Part shown: positions 18,201 to 26,222 of the stretch, piece by piece
Position numbering within the stretch: the first letter of the stretch is position 1
Layout: the number at the start of each line of letters is the position of its first letter
Assembly: GCA_031425655.1 (NCBI GenBank)
Contig: JANPJS010000037.1
Coordinates: 1 to 41,368, forward strand
Length of the DNA stretch: 41,368 nt
Source: Abditibacteriaceae bacterium
GTDB lineage: Bacteria; Armatimonadota; Abditibacteriia; Abditibacteriales; Abditibacteriaceae
Reading direction: 5' to 3'
The notes under the pieces: model-generated
Seen by the model: only the letters and a program-made list of their open reading frames with translations
Told to the model about the DNA's origin: nothing
Databases searched by the model: none
Made by a program: the position numbers and the translations under genes

Positions 18201-18952
18201 CCGGCCTGAAAAAATACCTCTACTTCGACGGCAAACTTGATCCCGCCACCGGCGCTCCTCTGTGCGTGGTGCAACAAGGCGACTGGTTCACCTGGAACAG
18301 CGCCTCCGGCATTTGGCTGGCCGCCGCGCCGCTGCTCGAAGCCATCCGCGTGCGCAAGCTGGCGACCGGCAAAACCGATTGGGACAAAGCCCACGATGTC
18401 GCCGCGAAAGGCCTGACGTATTACATGGATTTTTTCTTTCGCGACAACACCGTGGGCGCAATAGACGGCAAAAACTACGTTTGGTGGGCTTACAACACGG
18501 GTAGCAACGGGCAAAAAGCCTTCGTGGGCAACGGCCCCGGCTGGAAAGACGGACTTTATAAAGGCATGAAAATCATCAAGGTGGGCGAAGATCAGGCCCA
18601 CGCCAAAGCCGAGTTATTCGGCTTCCACTGGCTGCATTTCATCAGTCCCAACGCCTATCATCTCACCGACGAGCGCATGGAACGCATCGCCAACGGCGCG
18701 TTTAACTGGCTGGGCTGCTCGCCCTACGGCGGCCTGCGCAATATGTTCAATCCCTACCGCTTCGAGCTTGGCGACACCATCGCCCCCGAAGCCGGGCCGC
18801 AAGGCGCAGCCTACTACGCGAGTCAAAGCGTTTTCAGTTCACCGCGCACCTATCGCCACATCGTCTTTAACGGCTACAAGCAAAACAAAGGCCTCCAAGG
18901 CCGACTGGACTGGCTATGGGTGAAATGGCTCTACCAGACCAAATTAAGATAG
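15233..18952 (+). CDS. 1239-aa secreted protein: three passenger-like beta-solenoid modules plus a ~420-aa aromatic, helix-rich C-terminal domain of unknown function
   Basis: Signal peptide, repeated V.ST...G......WGG and G.YT.A....F..VP blocks, and an abrupt compositional shift near 17680. Confidence 0.7.
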   Translation: MKFNTSLAILIACALSSVAWADVVSTADKDGDFMAAANWGGIDPKSKPEETFVVSAGHKLLLKTGSKDSRWPVKTVVVSKGAVLGVEANPAFDCSGKTVVLDGGELNMERGLVKNLTLEVRAGSLRAALGGFDGGKVVGKGALEIVRGPGNVRTLTLHDVDFGGYAGKIVVGENMKGTTTLLLTGSSRNLHAAQMEISPPNRQGFRVHFADGVNMLGSFVNKSRFVRLNLGNSACTFANGSSLGPQAAVLLPGVYTPASTSDYSQIPLLKGGFADLKETFEPESLEGSTITILPPAEQKPLYRIDAGSTLTLKEGVSDFSAAGSELLLNGGVLQASGKRSITGRVQLLNHSVVISDEELVFAKGALSGSGNLRLAGKGGRIVFEKEFNLQGFVGTIITEGLAGPTELIFRSGGWGSAKLLLNGKTPVLVSGGDSLQTLGSFAIASDKAKFDLGKGTAVVAAGSRVGDKTLAAGLYTAANSEGFKKVPVTWSERVNKADVFRSGTIDLSPHLAGNASATSATLAVVELQRVVSTATAGSIGSPGSWGGLNPNLLTATQYEIASGHTLNVGTENWQASELAIAKNGALSLDNDLALGGRSLAFHGGTLQCEAAQARTIDGDLLIFDDHLLKDEYHGTLLLNGGDVTVKGCVVGARNKQSALDIRRTKPGAIRLTIAGDMAKVAPTGVGYDVTVTDFAGHLDLVWSQGALNEGYVVFQPKSGTVSSSKGFNSPRGTLRLPANNAVKLDLKNATNTFQIGTAVGGVFIERGLWNEANTAGFTQVPECNTSRKVDITPYLLNTKGAALAISNPSAGVTGKEDDFDMDQIFAPEVAFNPETLQQLRGQFTEELVAPYRKALQTKTPYHMVMGKVFSHSDFTYGMFTHTVFNTYTAYRILDNDPVVFERMMVLADYLQQLLTLDRMATSSEGERKAGWPAPAEQFTCASFTSMTVCALEIWRKELARPGSVDKKLMAKADAYLDFAWNLNEPQNPMAGLKKYLYFDGKLDPATGAPLCVVQQGDWFTWNSASGIWLAAAPLLEAIRVRKLATGKTDWDKAHDVAAKGLTYYMDFFFRDNTVGAIDGKNYVWWAYNTGSNGQKAFVGNGPGWKDGLYKGMKIIKVGEDQAHAKAELFGFHWLHFISPNAYHLTDERMERIANGAFNWLGCSPYGGLRNMFNPYRFELGDTIAPEAGPQGAAYYASQSVFSSPRTYRHIVFNGYKQNKGLQGRLDWLWVKWLYQTKLR

Positions 18953-19025
18953 AGAAGCAGTAGACAGCACCTTCACAGTTGCCAGACGCTCTTCGAAATC
19001 AGTTTGTCAGGCTGTGGGCTTTTTT

Positions 19026-19637
19026 ATGACTGCATCCTCCGCGCCGCCTCGCACATTGCCTTCGCTCGCCCTTGCGGTGAGCGTGCTGGCGGTTTCCTCT
19101 GGCTCGATTTTCGTGCGATTGTCCGACGCGCCGCCGCTGGTCACGGCGGCGTGGCGACTGACGCTGGCCACCGCGCTGCTGCTGCCTTTTGAAGTAAAAA
19201 CCCCAACCGATAACACGCTGGTCGTCACCGTCAACACCAACGCGTGGGGCGCTTTTTCCAACAAGCCCGCTGTGGATTACGTGGTCGCCAAGCCTCTCAA
19301 AGGCTCGCCCGATTGGCAAACCGTAAACGTGGATTTGGCCGAACTGGCCGCCAACGACCCGAAAACCACCGCGCCGCTGCAAAATTGGCGCACGGTGACC
19401 GAGTTCAGCCTCTGCCCCAGCGGAGAAATCGTTCAAGACGGCCAAAAAGTCAAAGTTGGCGGCAAAGCATGGGACGGTCCACGTGAGATTCGCAACCTAC
19501 GTTGGGAAGGCGGCGAATACGCGCCTGTGGTCACGACAAATGCGGCGCTGAGCGCGGCAGATCAGCAAAAGGCGTTTAACGACGCCATCAAAAAATCGCT
19601 GGAACAGGAAAAAGCTGACGCCAAACCAAAACCCTGA
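19026..19637 (+). pseudogene. In-frame chimera: 5' fragment of an EamA/DMT-type transporter fused to a second copy of the hydrolase 3' end
   Basis: LALAVSVLAVSSGSIFVRLSDAPPLVTAAWRLTLATALLLPF is EamA-like. 19187-19637 aligns without gaps to 11387-11837 (offset 7800). Confidence 0.85.
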
Positions 19638-19654
19638 AACAAACAATTCCTCGG

Positions 19655-19861
19655 CTCGCGGCGCTCTGCAACATGAGTGAGGACTATTTTATTCGTCGCT
19701 TTCGCACTGACGCCGAAACCACGGGGTTTTGCGACCGCCACTATTTCACACGCGCCTTTACTCGCGCCACGGGCCAGACCCCAGCCGCATTCCGGCGCGG
19801 CGATGGACGGTCACTCAGAACATCCCGCCCCATAATAAGCAAAGATAATGCGGTTCTTTGA
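19655..19861 (+). pseudogene. Stranded, internally deleted copy of the AraC gene 3' end
   Basis: Aligns to ~1610-1885, lacking 1661-1735 (75 nt) and 1741-1758 (18 nt). ORF 19673-19861 reads MSEDYFIRRFR-TD-AETTGFCDRHYFTRAF. Confidence 0.9.
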
Positions 19862-19865
19862 TTGG

Positions 19866-21245
19866 TCATTCTTCTTGCCATAATCCCTCACCGTATTCCC
19901 AGCCTTTCCTTACCGGCTCCTTGATGAAGGCATTCAATTCCGGGTGGTTGGTGATGCGACCGGCTTTGGCGTCCCATTCGATGCGGGTGTTGAAGCGCTG
20001 GGCCAGCACGCCGAGGAGAATGATTTCGGTCAACTTGGCCGAGTAGGTGAAATTCGATCCCGGCTCCGGGCCGGTTTCTTTAATCGCGCCCAGCCACTCG
20101 CGGAACGGGCCGCCTGCGACGCGAGGAATGGTGGCAGCTGGCGGATTGGCCTGCCATTCTTTGCGCAGTTCCACGGGCAAAATGACCGGCGGGCCAGCGT
20201 GTGTGCCGCAACCGATCATGCCTTTGGTGCCGACCATCCAGCAGGCTTGGCTAAGATGCGCGGCGTGGTCGGCGCCGAACTTGTCAATGCGCCCGACTTT
20301 CGTCCAATCCTGCGGGCCGTCGAACCAGTAGAGCGTCACCGGGCCGCGTTTAGCATTGGCCGGAAAAGAATATTTGATACGGCTGCCCGCCGGAATGAGG
20401 CCATTGAGCGAGTCTTTGCGCTCTAAACACTCCACCACGCTGGGCGGATCGAGGTCGAGCGTCCATACGGGCGTATCGAAGGTGTGGCATCCCCAGTCGC
20501 CGAGCATTCCCGAACCGAAGTCGTAGAACGCCCGCCACTTGTAGGGCAAGTAGTCGCGGTAGAATTCGCGCTTGGCGGCGGGGCCGAGCCACAAATCCCA
20601 CGCCAGCCCGTCGGGAAGCGGTGACGACGGCGGCGGCATGGTAGCCGGATTGGCGAAATGCTCGCCGCCCATCTGCGGCCCGCTGTTGCGCGCGAAAACC
20701 TCGCTGACTTCGCCAATCAATCCGGCCCGGTAGGCTTCCACTGATTTGCGAATGCCGTCGCCCGCGTGGCCTTGGTTGCCCATCTGCGTGACGACTTTGT
20801 AGCGTTCTTTGGCTTTCACCAGAGTTCTGGCCTGCCAGACATTGTGCGTCAGCGGTTTCTGCGTATAGACGTGGATGCCGCGCTCCATGGCCGCGAGTGT
20901 GGCAGGAAAGTGCGAGTGATCGGGCGTAGAGATGACTACGGCATCAATCTCCTTGTGCATCTTGTCGAGCATCACGCGGTAGTCCTCGAAAAACGGCTGA
21001 TTGGTGCGCCAGTTTTTCATGTTCTCCGCGCAGTGGTCGCGGTCAACATCGCAAAAGGCGACGAGGTTTTCCTCGCTGCAACCTTGTTCATAGGGCTGTC
21101 GCGCAATCCAACCGCCGGAGCCGATGAAGGCGATATTCAACTTGCCGTTGGCCGAGCGGCCCGGCTTGCCGATGGCAAAACGCGGAAACACGGTGCTGGC
21201 GGCCAAGGTGCCGGCGGTGGTGGAAAGAAAAGTTCTTCTGTTCAT
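19866..21245 (-). CDS. Tat-exported Gfo/Idh/MocA-family oxidoreductase
   Basis: NRRTFL twin-arginine signal, IAFIGSGG Rossmann motif, DAVVISTPDHSH, HVYTQKP, WDLWLGPA, GMLGDWGCH. Confidence 0.93.
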   Translation of the reverse strand: MNRRTFLSTTAGTLAASTVFPRFAIGKPGRSANGKLNIAFIGSGGWIARQPYEQGCSEENLVAFCDVDRDHCAENMKNWRTNQPFFEDYRVMLDKMHKEIDAVVISTPDHSHFPATLAAMERGIHVYTQKPLTHNVWQARTLVKAKERYKVVTQMGNQGHAGDGIRKSVEAYRAGLIGEVSEVFARNSGPQMGGEHFANPATMPPPSSPLPDGLAWDLWLGPAAKREFYRDYLPYKWRAFYDFGSGMLGDWGCHTFDTPVWTLDLDPPSVVECLERKDSLNGLIPAGSRIKYSFPANAKRGPVTLYWFDGPQDWTKVGRIDKFGADHAAHLSQACWMVGTKGMIGCGTHAGPPVILPVELRKEWQANPPAATIPRVAGGPFREWLGAIKETGPEPGSNFTYSAKLTEIILLGVLAQRFNTRIEWDAKAGRITNHPELNAFIKEPVRKGWEYGEGLWQEE

Positions 21246-21544
21246 GGTGTGTGTCGAAGGCGAGCACAGATATTCAAATAATTGGCTTCGTCATTGCCTC
21301 GGCGAACCGAAATCCGAATCAGCGTCAGCGAGCGCCTCGCGCCTGTGAAGCGTTCCCTGGTAGTTCACCTGCTAAGTTCATTCCGGCTTTATGGGATGTA
21401 ACGCAGCGGGAGTGAACTTAATTATGCGGCATTTGAGCGCGCTTCCTCTGCATTTTCACGCCAATTAACACCAAGAATTTGCCGGATGAACCACTAAATG
21501 CTTTAACCGGCGCGCAACGCAACAGCACAGACAAGCTTTAAACT

Positions 21545-22861
21545 TCAACTGGCAAACGGTGCCAGCGTGAGCCAACCTTCTAAATTCTGGTCTTGTGTTT
21601 TGTTGGCGAAGCGCAAAATTTTGCCGCCTTTTAGCGGGTTGATGGCACGCACCAGTAAAACGTAATTTCCCCTGGGCAATGTGGTTTCAAAAGACCACTT
21701 TTGCGCTGCGCCGGGCAGCAGACGGGATAGTTTCCAATCCGTAGTCCAACGCGCTTTGATTTTGTTTTCGCCGTCAACGGCGGCCAATTCCAGCGGCCAA
21801 TCGTAATAAAACGGTGCCACACCCTTGTTGATCAGCGAGAGTTCGATGTGCAGCTTGTCGTTTTGTTTTTCGATGGTTGCTGAACGCACCGAGAACTCGT
21901 AACCCAAGCGGCGCGCTCCGGCGATGGCGCGTTGTTTTTGGGCTTCAGTGAGCGCGCCGAATTGGCCTTGACTGAGCATCCATGATGCGTGTGTCACATC
22001 GACACAACGGTCGAACTCCTGACCGGGCGGCACGCAGTTTTCGTTGGCTTCGTTCCACATACACTTTTGCACTTCGGGCCGCACTTCGCCGCCAATCGGC
22101 TGCGTTTTCCAGATGTCGGTTAGGCCCGCTTTTTCAACTTTCGGCCAGAAATGCCAACTCGTCGGGCCGAGCGTTTGATAGGCGAAAGAATCGTCGTGAA
22201 AACCGAGAGCGCGTTTTTCAATATGGATGTTGTCTTTGGGTTCGCGCAGCAACAATTTAGTCGTATGAAACGCGCCTTCAAAGGAGTCCAACACTTCGTT
22301 TTGCACTTCGGCGGATGCCATAAAACTATCGCCTGCTTTGATGTGCGGAAAAGTGTGCCACTCGCCCCAAAAACCCAGCAAACCAACGGTGATAAAACCA
22401 ATGCGTGCATCGCCATCGTAGCGCTTGCCCAGTGCGGCAATGAAATTTTTTAAGGCGCGGCGCAAATCGGGGTTTTCATAATCCGGTGAGAAACTAACGC
22501 GCTGCGGGTTTTGGTCGTTGCCATATTCGCTGTAAGCACGTTTGGGCACATGATTCAAAAACTCCGGCACGCCGTAAGGCTGCTGCGGGTAATCAAGGTA
22601 AACGCGAAAAACCGCCTGATGACCGCGCGCGGCGATGGCATCAAACTTCTTATCCAGCGGCCCCCAATCGAAGACTTCATAATCTTTTTGCAAGTCTTTG
22701 AGAGGCAGATAAAACCACTCCATGCTATGCGGGAAATCGTAGGTGCCTTCATACGGCATGAAGCCTTTAAGCGGATTATCGGCAGGTGCCGGAGCCGCTT
22801 CCAAGTCCACGGCGCGCGCCGGAAGGATGCAAAGTAGCAAAGCCAACAAAAGAAATTTCAT
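21545..22861 (-). CDS. Secreted DUF4832-type putative glycoside hydrolase (clan-A-like barrel)
   Basis: DNPLKGF, RYDGDARI..I.VGLLGFWGEWH, GFHDDSF, PIGGE, RRLGY, N.GVAPFYYDW. Confidence 0.75.
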   Translation of the reverse strand: MKFLLLALLLCILPARAVDLEAAPAPADNPLKGFMPYEGTYDFPHSMEWFYLPLKDLQKDYEVFDWGPLDKKFDAIAARGHQAVFRVYLDYPQQPYGVPEFLNHVPKRAYSEYGNDQNPQRVSFSPDYENPDLRRALKNFIAALGKRYDGDARIGFITVGLLGFWGEWHTFPHIKAGDSFMASAEVQNEVLDSFEGAFHTTKLLLREPKDNIHIEKRALGFHDDSFAYQTLGPTSWHFWPKVEKAGLTDIWKTQPIGGEVRPEVQKCMWNEANENCVPPGQEFDRCVDVTHASWMLSQGQFGALTEAQKQRAIAGARRLGYEFSVRSATIEKQNDKLHIELSLINKGVAPFYYDWPLELAAVDGENKIKARWTTDWKLSRLLPGAAQKWSFETTLPRGNYVLLVRAINPLKGGKILRFANKTQDQNLEGWLTLAPFAS

Positions 22862-22950
22862 GATTCATCCTCCATAAAATGCCAAATGGAGCTCTGACCC
22901 GCAAGGCTTGGTGTCTGAACTTGAACGGGAGCCACTTTCGGTTGGCGCTA

Positions 22951-24564
22951 CTACTTCGCCGGGGTCGCCAACTCCTGCCGGGTGGCAATCGGCACATAGC
23001 CGATTTCAAAGCCTTTGGGCGGCGTCATGATGAGCGCCGCGTCGAGTTCGGCCAAGGTGCCGATGGTGGGCGGGGCCAGATATTCGCGCTCTTTAGTCCA
23101 CGCGCGGTGGATTTTTTCTACTTTCAGTTGCATGGCTTCGCGCTCTGCTTTGGTGAGGTCGGCGTTCAGCAGCGCCGGTTGGTCGGCGAAGCGATACCAG
23201 TAATACGTCACTACGCTGCCGTCGCCGGGGTAGGCCTTGAACGGCCCCGCCACGGGGCCGGGTTTCTTGAAAGAGCTTTCGGGCGTTTCGGGCGTGACGT
23301 AGGCGCCTTCGGACTGCTCTTTGGGCCGCTCGAATTTAAATTCGGCGAGGCCTGTGGCGGCGGGCACCTCGGCGGGTTTGGCGACGACCCACTGTTTTTT
23401 GGGGGCGTCCTGCAACTTGAAATACTCCGGCAGCACCACGCGCGAAGCGTTGGGCGTCGGTGCTTTGCGGGTTAGCTCTTCGTTCCACTTGTAGCCGTAG
23501 GTTGTTGGGTCGGGCGCGATGGGCGTGGCGAACGATTTCCAATCCATCGTCTGTTTTTGCTCTTTGGGCGTTTTGTCGTCGTAGATTTTCCACGTCGAGC
23601 CGCCCGCCGGTCGAAAGGTCTGCACGTGCGAAGCCGCCTGATTCAAGCCGTTCACGGCGGGGCCACCGGCGAACCACGCTTGGACGCCGTCCCACAGCGC
23701 GCTTTTTTTATACGAAGTCAGGCGATGCAGCACTACGGTGTTGCCGTCTGGCCCGATGGGAAACGAAGTCGGCGCAATGCGCGCGAAGGTCTCGCCTTGC
23801 TCACCCGTAGCCAGCGCAGCCGGGACGTATTGCGTTTCCATCTGAAACGCCTTGTTGGGATTGGAGGGCCGTGAATCGAGCAGCAGCCCGGCGTAGGCAG
23901 GATTTTGTTCGGCGGATTGCGACCAAAAATAGGGCGTAAAAAAGCAGAGCGGGCCTTTGAAATTTTTGGTATTGAGAAACAACGTCCACGATTGGTCGCC
24001 GGTGGGCACCGGTTTGCCGCCCGTAGTCGGTTTCGCTTCGGTGAGCGGCAGCGGCAGGTAGCCGTAGCCAAACAACTCGCCGCTGGTGCCTTGTTTCAGG
24101 TTCAAGCCATCCGGCGGCCACAGCACCCACGGACTGAGCTGCGCGATGCCGTATTTGCCCTGAGGCTTGTCCCAGTCGCGGCCTTTGCCCGCGCCGGGGC
24201 CATTGGCCCACTGGCTGAAATTCACCGCCACGCCGCCCATGATGAACTTGGGCGTTTCGGTGGCAAAGCGCGTGTCGCGCCACCAGCCGAGGCCGCCTTC
24301 GATGTCGGAATACATTTTTTCCGGCGCCTTGCCCTCGAATTGAGCGAACATCCATGTGCCGGCCAGTCCGGTTTGAAAACGGTTGCCCGGATATTTTTCG
24401 AGCAGCGGGTAGGCGGCGGCGTAGAGCGAAAAGCCCGCATTGAACTCTTCGGGCACTTTGTCTACGGCAATCAACAGATAACCGGCCATTTCGCCTTTTT
24501 TGACTTCGGCAACGGCGGGCAGAGCAAACGTCAGCAGAGTGAGCACTGGGGCAATGAATTTCAT
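22951..24564 (-). CDS. Secreted Trp/Pro/Gly-rich hypothetical protein, 537 aa
   Basis: ATG at 24564 after AAAGGA gives a signal peptide (MKFIAPVLTLLTFALPAVA). Long ORF with typical codon bias; no motif I can assign. Confidence 0.75.
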   Translation of the reverse strand: MKFIAPVLTLLTFALPAVAEVKKGEMAGYLLIAVDKVPEEFNAGFSLYAAAYPLLEKYPGNRFQTGLAGTWMFAQFEGKAPEKMYSDIEGGLGWWRDTRFATETPKFIMGGVAVNFSQWANGPGAGKGRDWDKPQGKYGIAQLSPWVLWPPDGLNLKQGTSGELFGYGYLPLPLTEAKPTTGGKPVPTGDQSWTLFLNTKNFKGPLCFFTPYFWSQSAEQNPAYAGLLLDSRPSNPNKAFQMETQYVPAALATGEQGETFARIAPTSFPIGPDGNTVVLHRLTSYKKSALWDGVQAWFAGGPAVNGLNQAASHVQTFRPAGGSTWKIYDDKTPKEQKQTMDWKSFATPIAPDPTTYGYKWNEELTRKAPTPNASRVVLPEYFKLQDAPKKQWVVAKPAEVPAATGLAEFKFERPKEQSEGAYVTPETPESSFKKPGPVAGPFKAYPGDGSVVTYYWYRFADQPALLNADLTKAEREAMQLKVEKIHRAWTKEREYLAPPTIGTLAELDAALIMTPPKGFEIGYVPIATRQELATPAK

Positions 24565-24729
24565 GCGGGTTTCCTTTTTCGAGGCTATAAAAATCCTCGC
24601 CGACGAGGTCACGGCTCGTCTTAAGCGACGCGGCGACCAGAATAGTCGAAGATTAGCACAAAAGCACATTCATAGCGGCGGAATATGCCGAAAACCGCTA
24701 AAAATCGGCGCGCAACGAGTTTTTCGCGC

Positions 24730-26208
24730 TCAAAGCTTGTTAACCTGCGATTCGCGCGGGACATTGTTGGGGTTGGGGCCGGGGAACTGTTTCCAGAAAC
24801 GCTCTTTGAACGGATTCACTTTCGGCCCGATGGCGTTTTCGTTGACCATCAAGGGCAGCACCTCCTGCCACCACTGGTCGTAAGCGGCATTCAGTTTCTG
24901 GATGACAGCGGGATGTGCTGCTGCAACATCGTTTTTCTGGCCGATGTCCTGCGCGATGTCATAAAGTTCCCAGCCTTTGGCTTCGCTCTGGCGAACCATG
25001 TGCCACTTGTCCCAGCGCACGGCGCATTTGTCATATTTCGCTTGCGCGGCCTCGCCTTTTTTCCAGCGGCCAACGTGCGTGAAAACCATGCGATCAGGCC
25101 AATTGGTTTTTTGGTTTTTGAGCAGCGGCAGCAAAGTGAAGCCATCTATAAGCGGGCTGGGGCGCGTTCCGGCTAAAGCGGCCAAAGTCGGGTAGAAATC
25201 GAGATGGGCCGTTAATTCACTCACCGTGCGCGGCTCGAAAACGCCGGGCCAGTGCCAGAAATTCATGGCGCGGATGCCGCCTAAATACGGCGTGCCTTTC
25301 TGGGCGCGCATTCCGGCGTTGTAAAGCCGCGCGCCCGTGGCGCCACCGTTGTCGTTGAGAAAAATCAGAACGGTATCGCGTTCGATGCCCAGTTTTTGCA
25401 GGGCCGCGCGCAACTTGCCGATGTTGTCGTCAATGTTGGTAATCATGCCCAGAAATTTGGCGACGTTTTCCGGTGCTTTGCCTTTATAAAGTGCTTCGTA
25501 AGATTCCGGCACTTGCAACGGCTCGTGCGGCGCGTTGGTGGCGATATAAGCGAAAAAAGGGCCTTTGTTTTTGGCGCCGCTGATCCATTTGATAGCCTCA
25601 TCGAAAAAGATGTCGGTGCAGTAACCGCGCGTTTTAACGAACTTATCGTTGTGCCAGAGGGCCGGATCGAAATAAGTGTTGCCGGGCGCATCGCCGCAAC
25701 TGCCTTCGTAGCTTTGACCAATGCCGCCTCCGCCGTGAATAAACACTTCATCGAAGCCGCGCCGGTTGGGTTGATATTCGTCTTCATCGCCCAGATGCCA
25801 CTTGCCAAAAATGCCGGTCTGGTAGCCCGCTTTTTGTAAAACCTGCGCGATGGTTGTCGCTTGCAAACTGAGCCGTTCGCGCTCGAAGATGGTGTGCGTC
25901 ACGCCATTTTTAAATTCATGGCGCCCTGTCATGAGGCAAGCGCGCGTGGGCGAACAAGTCGGGCTGACTAAAAAGTTATCGAATCGCACGCTCTGGTCAT
26001 GCAAGCGGTCAAGATGCGGCGTTTGAATAAGAGGATGCCCGTGCCGCGCCAGATCGCCGTAACCCTGATCGTCGGTTATCACTAAGATGATGTTTGGTCG
26101 CGTCGGCGCGTTTTGGGCTTGGCTGTTCATAGCATTAAGCGCGAGAAACCCGGCTCCCATTCCTCCTAAAAATTCGCGGCGGTTCAACGACGATTTTTGA
26201 TTCGACAT
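24730..26208 (-). CDS. Tat-exported arylsulfatase (formylglycine-dependent, Cys-type)
   Basis: NRREFL signal, PNIILVITDDQGYGD, CSPTRACLMTGR, GKWHLG. AAAAGGAG RBS precedes ATG 26208. Confidence 0.95.
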   Translation of the reverse strand: MSNQKSSLNRREFLGGMGAGFLALNAMNSQAQNAPTRPNIILVITDDQGYGDLARHGHPLIQTPHLDRLHDQSVRFDNFLVSPTCSPTRACLMTGRHEFKNGVTHTIFERERLSLQATTIAQVLQKAGYQTGIFGKWHLGDEDEYQPNRRGFDEVFIHGGGGIGQSYEGSCGDAPGNTYFDPALWHNDKFVKTRGYCTDIFFDEAIKWISGAKNKGPFFAYIATNAPHEPLQVPESYEALYKGKAPENVAKFLGMITNIDDNIGKLRAALQKLGIERDTVLIFLNDNGGATGARLYNAGMRAQKGTPYLGGIRAMNFWHWPGVFEPRTVSELTAHLDFYPTLAALAGTRPSPLIDGFTLLPLLKNQKTNWPDRMVFTHVGRWKKGEAAQAKYDKCAVRWDKWHMVRQSEAKGWELYDIAQDIGQKNDVAAAHPAVIQKLNAAYDQWWQEVLPLMVNENAIGPKVNPFKERFWKQFPGPNPNNVPRESQVNKL

Positions 26209-26222
26209 CTGGCTCCTTTTAC

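Noticed and set aside
7708..19637. Duplicated gene 3' ends as diversity-generating retroelement TR/VR pairs
   Set aside because: Mismatches are not confined to adenines of one copy (G/C and C/T changes occur, many synonymous), and there is no reverse transcriptase in the window.
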